From positions 416,001 to 480,000 of the forward strand of contig CAVYYZ010000002.1 of assembly GCA_963772835.1 (NCBI GenBank): a stretch of 64,000 bases of DNA, given 5' to 3'. Positions within the stretch are counted from its first letter, which is position 1, and each line of letters begins with the position of its first letter. This stretch comes from an uncultured delta proteobacterium (GTDB taxonomy: Bacteria; Desulfobacterota; Desulfuromonadia; Geobacterales; Pseudopelobacteraceae). Below, piece after piece: positions 28,595 through 38,826 of the stretch. The notes beneath the pieces are model-generated. The model did not search any database, had not been told where the DNA came from, and saw only the letters and a list, made by a program, of their open reading frames with translations. The translations under genes were made by a program, and so were the position numbers.

Positions 28595-29365
28595 TTAAGA
28601 AATGTAGGTATGAATATTTTTCAGTGCCCGCTGCAGATGTTCGGTATTGTGGGCTTCGACCGTCCAGACGGCATCAGGCGCGTAGTGATTCAGCATCGGA
28701 AAAAACTGCTCAAAATTAATGGCGCCCTCCCCCACCGGCAGATGTTCATCGCTTTGACCATGATTGTCATGGATATGGCTCTCGACAATATATCCCCCCA
28801 ATTCGCTGAACCACTCGTCAAGGGTTACGGTTGTAAACATATTCCAGTGCCCGATATCAAAACAGTGCCGGAAGCAGGGATCATCAATAGCATCAAGCAG
28901 AGCCTTGAGTGTGGAAGGTTCCTTTTCGTAGATATTCTCAACTGCCAGGATTGTGCCGATCTCACGGGCCCGGGGGACAAAGTCCTGCCAGAAATCAATG
29001 CTGTTTTTCAACCAGACCAGACGATTGTCGCCGTAATGGAGATCATCATACCCGGGGTGAACAACGATTACCGACGGGCGGAGAAGTTCGGCTGCCTTCA
29101 TGACCTGCTGGATACGATGTCGGCTGGCAGCGCGGATACTTGGGTCAACCGCACCCGGGTTGAGATCCAGAAAAGGTGCGTGGATCGTCGTTGCAAGGCC
29201 GGCCGAGTGCAGCGCACCTGCCAGTGAATACAGTTCTTCCCAGACCAGATGATCGAGCGCTTCAGCCGAAAAAAAAACTTCGGGGTTAATGCGATGCGCA
29301 ACGGCATATTCCAGGTGTTCCGCCAAACGGGTAAACGGTACATGGGCGTGTATGTTATTTTTCAT
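28595..29365 (-). CDS. Sugar phosphate isomerase/epimerase (AP endonuclease 2 / xylose isomerase-like TIM barrel)
   Basis: HAPF, VHPG, AVEN, CFDIGH, HIHDN..DEHLPVGEG. Confidence 0.85.
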   Translation of the reverse strand: MKNNIHAHVPFTRLAEHLEYAVAHRINPEVFFSAEALDHLVWEELYSLAGALHSAGLATTIHAPFLDLNPGAVDPSIRAASRHRIQQVMKAAELLRPSVIVVHPGYDDLHYGDNRLVWLKNSIDFWQDFVPRAREIGTILAVENIYEKEPSTLKALLDAIDDPCFRHCFDIGHWNMFTTVTLDEWFSELGGYIVESHIHDNHGQSDEHLPVGEGAINFEQFFPMLNHYAPDAVWTVEAHNTEHLQRALKNIHTYIS

Positions 29366-30404
29366 CTTGCTCTTTCCTGTGCTGTTTGATGAGTGAGTCC
29401 ATGGCGGTACGCTCTATGAGGTCTTCGAGCTTTGCTATCGACTGCGGTTCTCCGAGAACAATCAGCGTATCCCCGCCTTCCATTTTTGCCTGGGGGTGCG
29501 GATTGAAAATCATCTTTCCATGCTCCTTCTTGATGCCGACAATGATGACTCCCATTCCCTTGCGGAATCCGGAACTGATCAAAGACTCTCCGACAAAAGC
29601 CGAGTGCCGGGGTATGGTGATCTCTTCCATCTGCAGATCCATATGTTCACTTCCGGTAGCGATTTCAATGAAATCGACTACATTGGGGCGGAGTACCGAC
29701 TGGGCCATCCTGCTGCCGCCGATAAGGTATGGTGATACGACTTTGTTTGCCCCGGCCCGTTTGAGTTTGATGTCGGAGCCCTCTTCGCCGGAGCGGGCGA
29801 GGATATACAGGTCTGGATTCAGCCCGCGAGCGGTCAAGGTTATATACACGTTTTCCGTGTCTGAAGTTACAACCGAAATCAAGCCTTTAGCCCGCTTTAT
29901 GCCGGCTTTGAGCAGAGTTTCATCCAGAGTGGCATCCCCCCTCATGTGAAGGTATCCCTCTTCATCAAGCTTTTCCAGAGTATCAACACTTTTTTCTACA
30001 ATTACAAACTTGAGATCGTTCGCTTTAAACTCCTTGCAGATCAGCGAACCGATCCTTCCGAATCCGCAAATGATGTAGTGTTCACTCAGTGCGTCTATCT
30101 GTTTTTCCACCTTTTTCCTCCCCATGATCCGCTGGAACTGCCCCTCAAACATGATCTGGGCCAGACTCCCGACGATATAGCCCAAGACGCTGACGCCAAC
30201 GACAATTAACCCCATCGTGAACAGTTTCCCGCCGTCGGAAAGATCGTGGACCTCTTTGAATCCAACAGTCCCCAGGGTAATAACCGTCATATAGGCGGCA
30301 TCGAGCAAACGCCACCCTTCGATTGACATGTAGCCGATTGTTCCCCCTGATATAAGCATCAGAAGGACAAAAAACGATATTTTCAGGTGTCTGACCGGAT
30401 CCAT
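29355..30404 (-). CDS. Potassium channel protein with TrkA-N/TrkA-C (RCK) domains
   Basis: TVGF selectivity-filter-like motif, ICGFGRIG, GDAT, C-terminal TrkA-C; start at MDPVRH. Confidence 0.9.
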   Translation of the reverse strand: MDPVRHLKISFFVLLMLISGGTIGYMSIEGWRLLDAAYMTVITLGTVGFKEVHDLSDGGKLFTMGLIVVGVSVLGYIVGSLAQIMFEGQFQRIMGRKKVEKQIDALSEHYIICGFGRIGSLICKEFKANDLKFVIVEKSVDTLEKLDEEGYLHMRGDATLDETLLKAGIKRAKGLISVVTSDTENVYITLTARGLNPDLYILARSGEEGSDIKLKRAGANKVVSPYLIGGSRMAQSVLRPNVVDFIEIATGSEHMDLQMEEITIPRHSAFVGESLISSGFRKGMGVIIVGIKKEHGKMIFNPHPQAKMEGGDTLIVLGEPQSIAKLEDLIERTAMDSLIKQHRKEQDEK

Positions 30405-30538
30405 AGGCGTTGCAGAGTACCTGCAAGGGCTCAAAAAAACAAGTTACTTTCTTTTCACAAGAAGAAATGGTGCCAAAGTTCACATCGTTGGAACGGTGGC
30501 GTGGCAATCGTGACGGACTAAAAAACAGCGTGATCTAA

Positions 30539-30566
30539 TTGACAAATTCTGCATACTGTATACAAT
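30539..30566 (+). promoter_or_regulatory. Sigma70 promoter overlapping a GntR/FadR-type operator
   Basis: TTGACA, 16-nt spacer, TACAAT; contains the TGTATACA palindrome and an upstream TGCATAC half-site. Confidence 0.55.
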
Positions 30567-30598
30567 GCACAAAATTCTCACGGGAGCTTTACCCACTC

Positions 30599-31267
30599 AT
30601 GAAAAAGCCTATGGAAAAACATCTTACTCTGCGTGAAAAAATACTTGAAAACATTCGCGAGTCCATAGTTTCCGGCACTCTCAAGGCCGGCAGCAGGGTG
30701 TCAGAGCCTGAACTCGCTGAGCGTTACGGTATCAGCCGCACTCCTATCCGCGAAGCATTTCGTCAGCTTGAATCGGAAGGATACCTGACGGTGATACCCC
30801 GCCGGGGAGCTGTTGTCAGCGAATTCAGCCCGAAGGACATCGAAGAATTCTACGCTATCAAGAGCATAATGGAAGGGTATGCGGCCAGAATGGCCTGCGA
30901 AAATCTGACCGAAAAAGAGCTGGATCGCCTTCAGTCCATCAATGACAAACTCGCTGAACTGGCCCGTATCGGTGATATTAAACATTTTTTCAAAATTCAC
31001 AGTGACTTCCATGAGGTTTTCATCAAGGCAGCCGGTAACGAAAAACTGCATGAATTGATAGCCGGACTGGTGACCAAATTTCAACGTCTCCGTTTTACAT
31101 CACTCAGTCTCCCGGGGCGTATGGCCGTTTCGGTTCAGGAACACGAAAAGATAATCGATGCGTTCCGAAGAAAAGATGCCGATCTGGCTGATACGCTTGT
31201 CCGTAAGAATGCCGAGTACGGCGGACGGGTGCTGATGAACGGCACCACATCTTCAACTGACAGCTGA
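30599..31267 (+). CDS. GntR family (FCD) transcriptional regulator
   Basis: [25 protein letters not shown] domain with FH and EH motifs. Confidence 0.92.
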   Translation: MKKPMEKHLTLREKILENIRESIVSGTLKAGSRVSEPELAERYGISRTPIREAFRQLESEGYLTVIPRRGAVVSEFSPKDIEEFYAIKSIMEGYAARMACENLTEKELDRLQSINDKLAELARIGDIKHFFKIHSDFHEVFIKAAGNEKLHELIAGLVTKFQRLRFTSLSLPGRMAVSVQEHEKIIDAFRRKDADLADTLVRKNAEYGGRVLMNGTTSSTDS

Positions 31268-31334
31268 CCGCTGTTTTGCCATGAACGGTGCCCCCCAGCA
31301 AGCATCTGATATACCGTCGCCGGAGAAACAAATA

Positions 31335-32050
31335 ATGACTGCGTTAAAATCCATTGCATTGATTCCGGCCGCCGGTATGGGTAAGCGCATGGGCGCTTCT
31401 GTCAACAAGCAGTATCTGCATCTTGGCGGCATGCCCATTGTCGCCCGTACCATTGCCGTTTTTGAACAGTCCCCCTTAATTGATGCCATTTATCTGGTTA
31501 TTCCCGCTGATGAGATCCATTATTGCCGGGAACATGTTGTCGAAGCGTACGGATTCCGGAAAGTCGTCAAAATCGTCGCCGGTGGCAGGGAACGTCAAAA
31601 CTCGGTAATGAACGGCTTGAGTGCCATGCGGGAAGATGTTTCGGATTTGGACGTTGTCCTGATACACGATGGCGTCCGGCCGCTGATTACTGAAAAATTG
31701 CTGCAGGCATCAATCGACATTGCCAGGGCAGGCGGAAGTGCGGTGGTCGCCGTGCCTTCCAAGGATACTCTCAAGACGGTGGCAAACGGCATTGTCACAG
31801 GGACCCCGGACAGGGGGGACTGTGGCAGGCACAGACACCACAGACATTCCGGTTCGGCGTTATTTACGCGGCCCATCAGGCCGCCGAATCTGATCATTTT
31901 GCGGGAACAGATGATGCCGCTCTGATCGAAAGGATCGGCGGACAGGTCAGGGTTGTTCAAGGCACCTATTGTAATATCAAGATCACAACTCCTGAAGACC
32001 TTGTACTGGCAGAGGCATTTATTGCCTCTTCGATGACCGAGAGGAGATAA
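31335..32050 (+). pseudogene. ispD: 2-C-methyl-D-erythritol 4-phosphate cytidylyltransferase with an apparent frameshift (possibly a sequencing error)
   Basis: [30 protein letters not shown]; after the G6 run at 31813-31818 another frame gives [10 protein letters not shown]...TDDAALIE...[10 protein letters not shown], stop at 32050. Confidence 0.85.
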
Positions 32051-32051
32051 T

Positions 32052-33248
32052 ATGACCAAACAGCCGCCTGATAAGATTCTTATTGTGGACGATGAACCTG
32101 ACATTGCTCTGATTCTTAAGCTTCATCTTGAAGAAGCCGGTTATATCACCAGTTGGGCGGCTAACGGGGAAGAGAGTCTGAATCTGCTTCACTCCAACGG
32201 GTTTGATCTTGTTTTACTTGATGTACGCATGCCGGGAATAAGCGGAGTTGATGTATTACAGCGACTTCGCTCTGATAATTGTGATGCCGCCGTGGTCATG
32301 ATGACTGCGCATGGCAACGAGAGTCTGGTGGTGGAGTGTATGAAAGCGGGCGCGGCTGACTATGTTGCCAAGCCGTTTGATGTTGATGACCTGCTGATCC
32401 GCATGAAACGTGCACTTGACAGCAGGCGGACCATGAAGGAAAAAAAGTTTCTGGAGCAGGAAAAGGAGGATTTTATTTTCATGCTCTCCCACGACATGAA
32501 AAATCCGATTACAGCGGTTATGGGCTCTATCGATATTATGCGCGAGGGGCGTCTCGGACCGGTTAACCCCGAGCAGACAGACTACCTTCAATCGTCCTTA
32601 GAAAGTTGCGAAGAAGTTGTAACCATGATCGACAACCTGCTTGATATGCAGCGCTTTAATAGCGGCAGAATGCAAACCAGAATCAGCACGATCAACCCTC
32701 ACACACTGCTTATTGATGCAGCCAGGCGCTTTTCCTCTGCCGCTGCACGGGAAAACATCCATCTTGCGGTGAATGCACCATCGATCGTTGCAGACATCAC
32801 CGTTGACAGCTCAATTATGACACGTGTGATTGCCAACCTGCTTGGAAATGCTATCAAATTCACCCCCGACGGCGGATCCATAACTCTTTCATGTCGCAGC
32901 ATTGAAAACAGTGACATGGGCGGCATTGGAATCCCGGCCTATGCAGACATACCGGCCGGATTTTCAGCGTGTCGTAATTTTGTTCGCATCAGCGTCAGTG
33001 ATACCGGCAACGGGATTTCTCCCGATGATTTGACCCGCATCTTCGAACGCTATGTCCAGGCAGGAAATACTTCGAGGAGAAGTCGGGGTGGAGCCGGCCT
33101 TGGTCTGGCATTCTGCAAAAAAGCGGTTGAAGATTTTAAAGGCTGCATCTGGGCAGAAAGTGCGGAGGACAGCGGGAGTGAATTCGTCATCCTGCTCCCC
33201 GGCCATTCAGATAACGAGAAAAGTACACATTCCGGGCGGGAGGCATGA
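32052..33248 (+). CDS. Hybrid response regulator / histidine kinase (REC-HisKA-HATPase)
   Basis: ILIVDDE, LDVRMP, SHDMKNP, NLLGNAIKFT, DTGNG, GAGLGL. Confidence 0.9.
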   Translation: MTKQPPDKILIVDDEPDIALILKLHLEEAGYITSWAANGEESLNLLHSNGFDLVLLDVRMPGISGVDVLQRLRSDNCDAAVVMMTAHGNESLVVECMKAGAADYVAKPFDVDDLLIRMKRALDSRRTMKEKKFLEQEKEDFIFMLSHDMKNPITAVMGSIDIMREGRLGPVNPEQTDYLQSSLESCEEVVTMIDNLLDMQRFNSGRMQTRISTINPHTLLIDAARRFSSAAARENIHLAVNAPSIVADITVDSSIMTRVIANLLGNAIKFTPDGGSITLSCRSIENSDMGGIGIPAYADIPAGFSACRNFVRISVSDTGNGISPDDLTRIFERYVQAGNTSRRSRGGAGLGLAFCKKAVEDFKGCIWAESAEDSGSEFVILLPGHSDNEKSTHSGREA

Positions 33249-33739
33249 TTTTGAATATAAAATTCATCATCTTTTTTTTGGCAGCAACGATGCTGACATG
33301 CGGGGTGGCAGCCTCTGCTGCCGATATCGACACAAGTAAGGCTATAACCATCGGCAGCGGCCCCAAGACCGTATTCGAATTCACCGACCCTGATTGTCCT
33401 TTCTGCCGAAAAGCTTCAAAGTATTTCGAAGGGAGACCTGACGTTACGCGCCATATTTTCTTCTACCCGCTTCCCCGTCATTCAAGAGCGAAGGAAAAAG
33501 CCCGCTTTATCCTCTCAATGCCGGATAAGGCAAAAGCCTACCACGATGTCATGTCGGGACGAATGGATGCAGCTCCTCAGCTGGCATCAACCAGGGAGGG
33601 GATAATACTTCAGGAGGAACAGCTGAATGTGGCAAAAAAACACAAGGTCAGTGCGACGCCAACCTTCATGATCAACGGACGTATTATTGAAGGGTTTGAT
33701 GTAAAGAAAATTGAAGAGGCGCTCGGCCAAAAGCCATAG
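33245..33739 (+). CDS. DsbC/DsbG-like thiol-disulfide oxidoreductase
   Basis: Signal peptide, FTDPDCPFC, cis-Pro motif ATPT. Confidence 0.85.
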   Translation: MILNIKFIIFFLAATMLTCGVAASAADIDTSKAITIGSGPKTVFEFTDPDCPFCRKASKYFEGRPDVTRHIFFYPLPRHSRAKEKARFILSMPDKAKAYHDVMSGRMDAAPQLASTREGIILQEEQLNVAKKHKVSATPTFMINGRIIEGFDVKKIEEALGQKP

Positions 33740-33758
33740 GGCGTGTACGGACTCCCAT

Positions 33759-36755
33759 TCAGCTGTTCTGCTGCACGAGATGTATCACCTGCAACAGAGA
33801 ATCAGTATTGTATGGTTTTGAAAGGGCTGCACAGAACCCGTAGTTCTTGTAATCTGACAGAATCTGGTCCTCTGAATAGCCGCTTGATACGATCATACGC
33901 GCATGTTGATCAATCGACAGAATGCGTTTTGCGGCCTCAACACCTCCCATACCACCGGGGACCGACAGGTCGAGAACTACAATCGGGAGTGTTTCCCCTG
34001 ATTCCCAGCAGTTTTTATATATTTCTACCGCTGCCTCTCCATTGCTGCAGATCTGAACCTGGCACCCTAATTCACTCAAACTCATGAAGACAAAATCCAG
34101 AATATCCTGTTCATCATCCATAATCAGCAACGGGATCCCGGCAGGACTCTGCTCGATTATGTCAGCTTCTTCACACTCGTCAGAAGGCACATCCCGGTAA
34201 GCAGGCAACATGATTGTAACAACTGTCCCCTGGCTGACTTCTGAAACGACGTCGATATAGCCGTTATGTTTCATGACTATTGACTGAGTTGTCGACAAGC
34301 CAAGCCCGGTACCGTCGGGCCGGGTCGTAAAATACGGGTCGAACACTTTATGAATATGTTCTTTTTCAATGCCGCCTCCGCTGTCTTCGAACGTGATTTT
34401 CACGTAATGACCCGGCGGCATGAGATATATATTGTTTTTTTCGAGCGGGAGATCTTCGATGTGAACCGTCAATGTTCCACCGTCAGGCATTGAATGGATT
34501 GAATTCAGTACTATGTTATTGAAAGCCTGATTAATCTGATCACTGTCAACATTGACCGTTTGAGAAGTTCGATTATCGATAATCCCCCTGATATTGCTTC
34601 CGCTCAAAAACAGCGAAAGAGACTCCTGTACCAGCTTTTCTGCAGTGGCCAGTGACATGAATGGAACGCCACCCTTGGAAAATGTCAACAATTGGCGCGC
34701 AAGTCGTGCCGCTCTGTATGATGATTTTTCAGCGGCTTCAAGGAGCGGCAGAATTTTATCCTGAGCAGGCAGCTGCTTTCTGGCAAACGATATATAACCG
34801 ATAACTCCCGTAAGAACATTATTGAAATTATGGGCCATACCAGCTGCAAGAGTGCTGATTGTTTCCAGCTTCTGCGTTTTCATCAGCTCTTTCTGGATAA
34901 GCTTCTGTTCGGTTATATCCCGGCCGATACCGATGAAAAGAGGGGAGCCGTTCTGGTCTGTGATACGCGCACCATTTGCCGTGTAGCATTTCCATCCACC
35001 CTCCTTAAGCCGCACCCTGTACTCAACACCTCTCTGTTTTTCCCCGGTTTCCAGAACCGAGGCAAGAAAGGCTGCGCAGGCAGGCACATCATCCTGATGA
35101 ATAAATGGTACGAATGGTTTCCCAACAGTTTCAGACAGCTCATACCCAAATGCCTCTTTCCACCGGGGAGAAACATAATTGAAAATACCGGCGGGGGAGA
35201 GGACAAAAACCACATCATTGGCGTTTTCAACAAAGGAACGGAATCGTTGCTCGCTCGCGCGGAGACCTTCTTCCATCCTTCTCAATTCAGTTATATCGTG
35301 ACCGACGGACAATACCCCCTGATACGCTGCGCCGTCGTCAGCAAGCTTCTGGTTACTCCAGGAAATCCAGACACGCTCCCCGTTTTTTCGTATATTTTCA
35401 TTTATGTTTATCGCAAAAATTGAAGGATTTTCCGTCAGTCGGGCGATCATATCCTTCAGGTCACGACCACTGCTTTCCGTTTCAGGAACTATCGTGCCGA
35501 CAACACTCCTCCCCAGAATTTCCCGCTCTGAAAAACCGAAGAACGATTCTGCATACTCGTTAAAATAGGTGACCCTGCCATTTCCATCCATTTTCAGGAT
35601 AATGGTATTTGCCTTCTCAACAAGTTCGCGATATTTTTTTTCACTTTGCCGCAATGCCTCATCAGAATGTTGCAAGGAAATTTTATTACTCGACAGGCTA
35701 TCAGCCATTTCATCAAGAACATGCCCGATTCCGCGTAATTCTTTATTTGACACCTGTGCGGATATCCGTCCTGAAAAGTCCCCATGAACAATTTTTATCG
35801 CGGCTGCCTGCAGGAGTGACAGCTTGGCTAATACACTTTTTTTACTGACATATACTGCTAGGCCGAACGAAATCAGCAGCATCGTTATCAGTGCGGACAC
35901 CATGTAACCGGCCTCCCGGTAACTTTCTCTTAATATATGATTTTTATCAATACCGGTACGGATATACATATAGGGAATCGATTCATGCTTCAGACGTACT
36001 GCACGATACCCGAACAAACGTTCGATACCGAGATTTCCGGAGGCCACAAACGAACCGCTATCTCCATCCAATGACATTTTGGCAAAAAGTTCCGGTTTGT
36101 CCTGTTTTCCAACCAGTTTCATATTTACCGACGAGTAGAGGATGGTCCCTTTGTAGTCGACAAGGAGTATTGAAGAAACCGGACTGGCCAGACGCCCCTG
36201 ATACAGCGTGCTATACATGTCAAGCGGCATAGTGACGATAATGACATCTGAAATCCTGCCGCTGCGGGTTTTAGCCGGATATGCGAAACCGAGTACAGGT
36301 GTACCGGCTATTCTGCCGTCCGTGAACTCACCGGAAGAAAACGTTCCGGTCATAAGTGCGTTTCTGAAATAGCGTCTGTCGGCAACAGACAGACCGGCAG
36401 GAAACGGAAGAGCCGAAGCCCAGACAGTCCCGCTCGAGTCGGCAATCAGAATATTTGTAATTTTGGTGTTTGCAGCGGCGAGAAGGGAGAGAAGATGTTC
36501 AGAATCCGGTTTGCTATGGTTTTGAACCGCAGGGAGAAAGGATACCGTTGTAACAAGTTGCTCCAGACCGGATAATAACTGAGTCTGATCGTTATATATC
36601 TGATTGGCGGTTGCAGTTGCTATCGATGTTGCATCATCAATTTTATGGGTCTGTAACCGGGTACTTGTATATACGATGAGTCCAATTGAAAACAGAATCA
36701 GCGCAACCAGACTTAGGAACAGCTTAGTAACCGATGATGAATTGGGAGCGTTCAT
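33759..36755 (-). CDS. Membrane hybrid sensor kinase (Cache, HAMP, two PAS, HisKA, HATPase, REC)
   Basis: Two TM helices, DRRYF Cache motif, PAS repeats, AHNFNN H-box, FDPYFTT, GTGLGL, C-terminal receiver. Confidence 0.88.
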   Translation of the reverse strand: MNAPNSSSVTKLFLSLVALILFSIGLIVYTSTRLQTHKIDDATSIATATANQIYNDQTQLLSGLEQLVTTVSFLPAVQNHSKPDSEHLLSLLAAANTKITNILIADSSGTVWASALPFPAGLSVADRRYFRNALMTGTFSSGEFTDGRIAGTPVLGFAYPAKTRSGRISDVIIVTMPLDMYSTLYQGRLASPVSSILLVDYKGTILYSSVNMKLVGKQDKPELFAKMSLDGDSGSFVASGNLGIERLFGYRAVRLKHESIPYMYIRTGIDKNHILRESYREAGYMVSALITMLLISFGLAVYVSKKSVLAKLSLLQAAAIKIVHGDFSGRISAQVSNKELRGIGHVLDEMADSLSSNKISLQHSDEALRQSEKKYRELVEKANTIILKMDGNGRVTYFNEYAESFFGFSEREILGRSVVGTIVPETESSGRDLKDMIARLTENPSIFAININENIRKNGERVWISWSNQKLADDGAAYQGVLSVGHDITELRRMEEGLRASEQRFRSFVENANDVVFVLSPAGIFNYVSPRWKEAFGYELSETVGKPFVPFIHQDDVPACAAFLASVLETGEKQRGVEYRVRLKEGGWKCYTANGARITDQNGSPLFIGIGRDITEQKLIQKELMKTQKLETISTLAAGMAHNFNNVLTGVIGYISFARKQLPAQDKILPLLEAAEKSSYRAARLARQLLTFSKGGVPFMSLATAEKLVQESLSLFLSGSNIRGIIDNRTSQTVNVDSDQINQAFNNIVLNSIHSMPDGGTLTVHIEDLPLEKNNIYLMPPGHYVKITFEDSGGGIEKEHIHKVFDPYFTTRPDGTGLGLSTTQSIVMKHNGYIDVVSEVSQGTVVTIMLPAYRDVPSDECEEADIIEQSPAGIPLLIMDDEQDILDFVFMSLSELGCQVQICSNGEAAVEIYKNCWESGETLPIVVLDLSVPGGMGGVEAAKRILSIDQHARMIVSSGYSEDQILSDYKNYGFCAALSKPYNTDSLLQVIHLVQQNS

Positions 36756-36786
36756 GCTTCACTTGTAGCCCATCATATACATTTTG

Positions 36787-37635
36787 TCAAAACTCCATCG
36801 GCATTTCTTTCAGCTGTTTTGCGGTAAAGACCGGTCCATCCTTGCAGACGTACACATTCCCGACATTGCATCGGCCACATTTACCGAGTCCGCATTTCAT
36901 CCGGTTTTCAAGGGTCGTATAGACCTGCTCGTCGCTGAAGCCGAGCTTCTCCAGCACCGGCAGGGTGAACTTGATCATGATCGGCGGACCGCAGACCAGG
37001 GCGACCGTGTTCTCTGCCGACGGTGCCGTTTCACCGAGGATTGTCGGTACAAAACCGACGCTGCCGTCCCACCCGGGACCGTTGCCGCCAGGGTCGACTG
37101 TTTTTACCAGGCGGACATCCCCCCGCTCCTGCCATTCCTGCAGTTCCCGCTTGTAGACCAGATCAGCCTCCGTCCGGGCACCGTAGACAATTATGATATC
37201 GCCGAATTTGTCGCGCAGGTCAAGGCAGTTCCAGATCAGGGTCCGGAGCGGCGGCAGGGCGATACCTCCTGCGACGAAGACCAGGTTCTTGCCGTAAAAC
37301 TCTTCAATCGGATAGGAATTGCCGTAGGGGCCGCGCACCCCCATGGTGTCGCCCACTTCGAGACGACGCAGTTCTTCGGTCACTCTCCCCACAGAACGGA
37401 AGCTGCATTCGATAAATCCTTTCCGGGTAGGTGACGAGGCGATGCAGAAGGTGGACTCGCCGGCGCCGAAAGCTGAGTATTCGGCAAACTGACCGGCACG
37501 GAAAACGAAGTTCTCTTTTACTGTGTCGTCCTGAAACACCAGTCTGAGAGTACGCACGTCCGGAGTCTCGTCGATGACTTCTGCAACGGTGGCCAGATAT
37601 GGGAGGTAGATGTTCTTATTGGTGTGATCACACAT
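36787..37635 (-). CDS. flxA: FlxA: FAD/NAD-binding and [2Fe-2S] subunit
   Basis: GVRGPYG, VAGGIAL, VCGPPIM, RMKCGLGKCGRC...VCKDGPVF; position in the hdr operon. Confidence 0.8.
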   Translation of the reverse strand: MCDHTNKNIYLPYLATVAEVIDETPDVRTLRLVFQDDTVKENFVFRAGQFAEYSAFGAGESTFCIASSPTRKGFIECSFRSVGRVTEELRRLEVGDTMGVRGPYGNSYPIEEFYGKNLVFVAGGIALPPLRTLIWNCLDLRDKFGDIIIVYGARTEADLVYKRELQEWQERGDVRLVKTVDPGGNGPGWDGSVGFVPTILGETAPSAENTVALVCGPPIMIKFTLPVLEKLGFSDEQVYTTLENRMKCGLGKCGRCNVGNVYVCKDGPVFTAKQLKEMPMEF

Positions 37636-37651
37636 GTTATAAAACCTTTTT

Positions 37652-37789
37652 CACCACTAAGACACTAAGAGCGCTGAGAAAGTCAAAGCCAAAAAAATCT
37701 TTTTGGGTTAAACCTTAAAACTTATGATTCCGATTTTACCCTGCTTTTTAGTCTGTGCCGTTCTTCGTGTCCTTAGTGTCTTAGTGGTG
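37652..37789. repeat. Intergenic palindromic element, copy 1
   Basis: caccactaagacactaag / cttagtgtcttagtggtg, perfect 18-bp inverted repeat. Confidence 0.85.
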
Positions 37790-37803
37790 GGCTGTTTATG
37801 AAA

Positions 37804-38808
37804 CTATTTCCTGCTTATCTCTTCAATAATCCCGGCGATATCAATGCCGACGGGGCAGACCCGCACGCATCTGCCGCAACCGGTGCAGAGGGTCTGGCCG
37901 AATTTGTCATCATAGTACTTGAACTTGTGCATGATACGGTTGCGATAGCGTTTGGGCTGGCCGTCCCGGGGGTTATGTCCCGAGGCGTGGTGGGTGAATT
38001 TCCAGAATCCGCAGGCGTCCCAGTTTTTCCGCCGCTTGCCCGACTTCTCGGTCCCTTCGTCGACGATATCGAAACAGTGGCAGGCGGGGCAGACAAAGGC
38101 GCAGGCGCCGCAGCCGACGCAGCGGGTGGCGATGCTTTCCCAGAGCGGGTCTTCGAAATGGTCGTCGAGCCAGGCTTTGACCTTTTTCAGATCGATGTTC
38201 TCCGTCTGCGGCTGCGCCGGCGGAAGCGCTGTGGTGCCGGTGAGTTCTGAGAACAGTTCCCTGTGGGCAGTGATCAGTGCTTCACCCTTGTCACTATAGC
38301 TTTCGCAGGCATACCCTCCCCCTTCCAGCGGGGTCAGGAACAGGTCGCTCCCTTTGACTTCAGAGGGAGAGAGGCCGACGGCGGTGCAGAAGCAGGCGTC
38401 GTCTGCGATGGTGCAGGCGAGGCCGATGATCGTTGTCTTTTTTCTCCGCTCCAGAAAGAATTCATCCTTGTAGTCCCAGGAGAAGACAGCGTCGAGGACC
38501 GGTATGGCAGCGGCGTCGCAGGGACGCACTCCGACGAGGACGGTTTCGGGAAAGCGGGCCGGGTCGATATCCTTCAGTTCGATCTTCTGCCCCTCCTTCT
38601 CGTAAGTCATGATGTCTTCGCAGACCGGGAAGAAGGCTTCTTTGGCGGAGCGGCGCGGCAACTGGTCCGTGGCCATGTCGGCTGAACTCATGAGCGGTCC
38701 GTAGAGCGGGGTGCCCCCGTTCATCTGCGGGGCGACGACGCGGATCCCTTCCTTGATGAGGGTGTCGAGGAGGGTATTGAGGTTTTGTTGTGAGATCTGT
38801 CTTTGCAT
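37804..38808 (-). CDS. flxB: FlxB: 4Fe-4S dicluster protein (AsrA-like)
   Basis: RPCD, CFC, CVGCGACAFVCPACHC, CTGCGRCVRVCP. Confidence 0.78.
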   Translation of the reverse strand: MQRQISQQNLNTLLDTLIKEGIRVVAPQMNGGTPLYGPLMSSADMATDQLPRRSAKEAFFPVCEDIMTYEKEGQKIELKDIDPARFPETVLVGVRPCDAAAIPVLDAVFSWDYKDEFFLERRKKTTIIGLACTIADDACFCTAVGLSPSEVKGSDLFLTPLEGGGYACESYSDKGEALITAHRELFSELTGTTALPPAQPQTENIDLKKVKAWLDDHFEDPLWESIATRCVGCGACAFVCPACHCFDIVDEGTEKSGKRRKNWDACGFWKFTHHASGHNPRDGQPKRYRNRIMHKFKYYDDKFGQTLCTGCGRCVRVCPVGIDIAGIIEEISRK

Positions 38809-38826
38809 TTTAAAACCTGCTTCTGA

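Noticed and set aside
30465..30480. TTGGCAC (minus strand) as a sigma54 promoter for the K+ channel gene
   Set aside because: No TTGC -12 element at the required spacing
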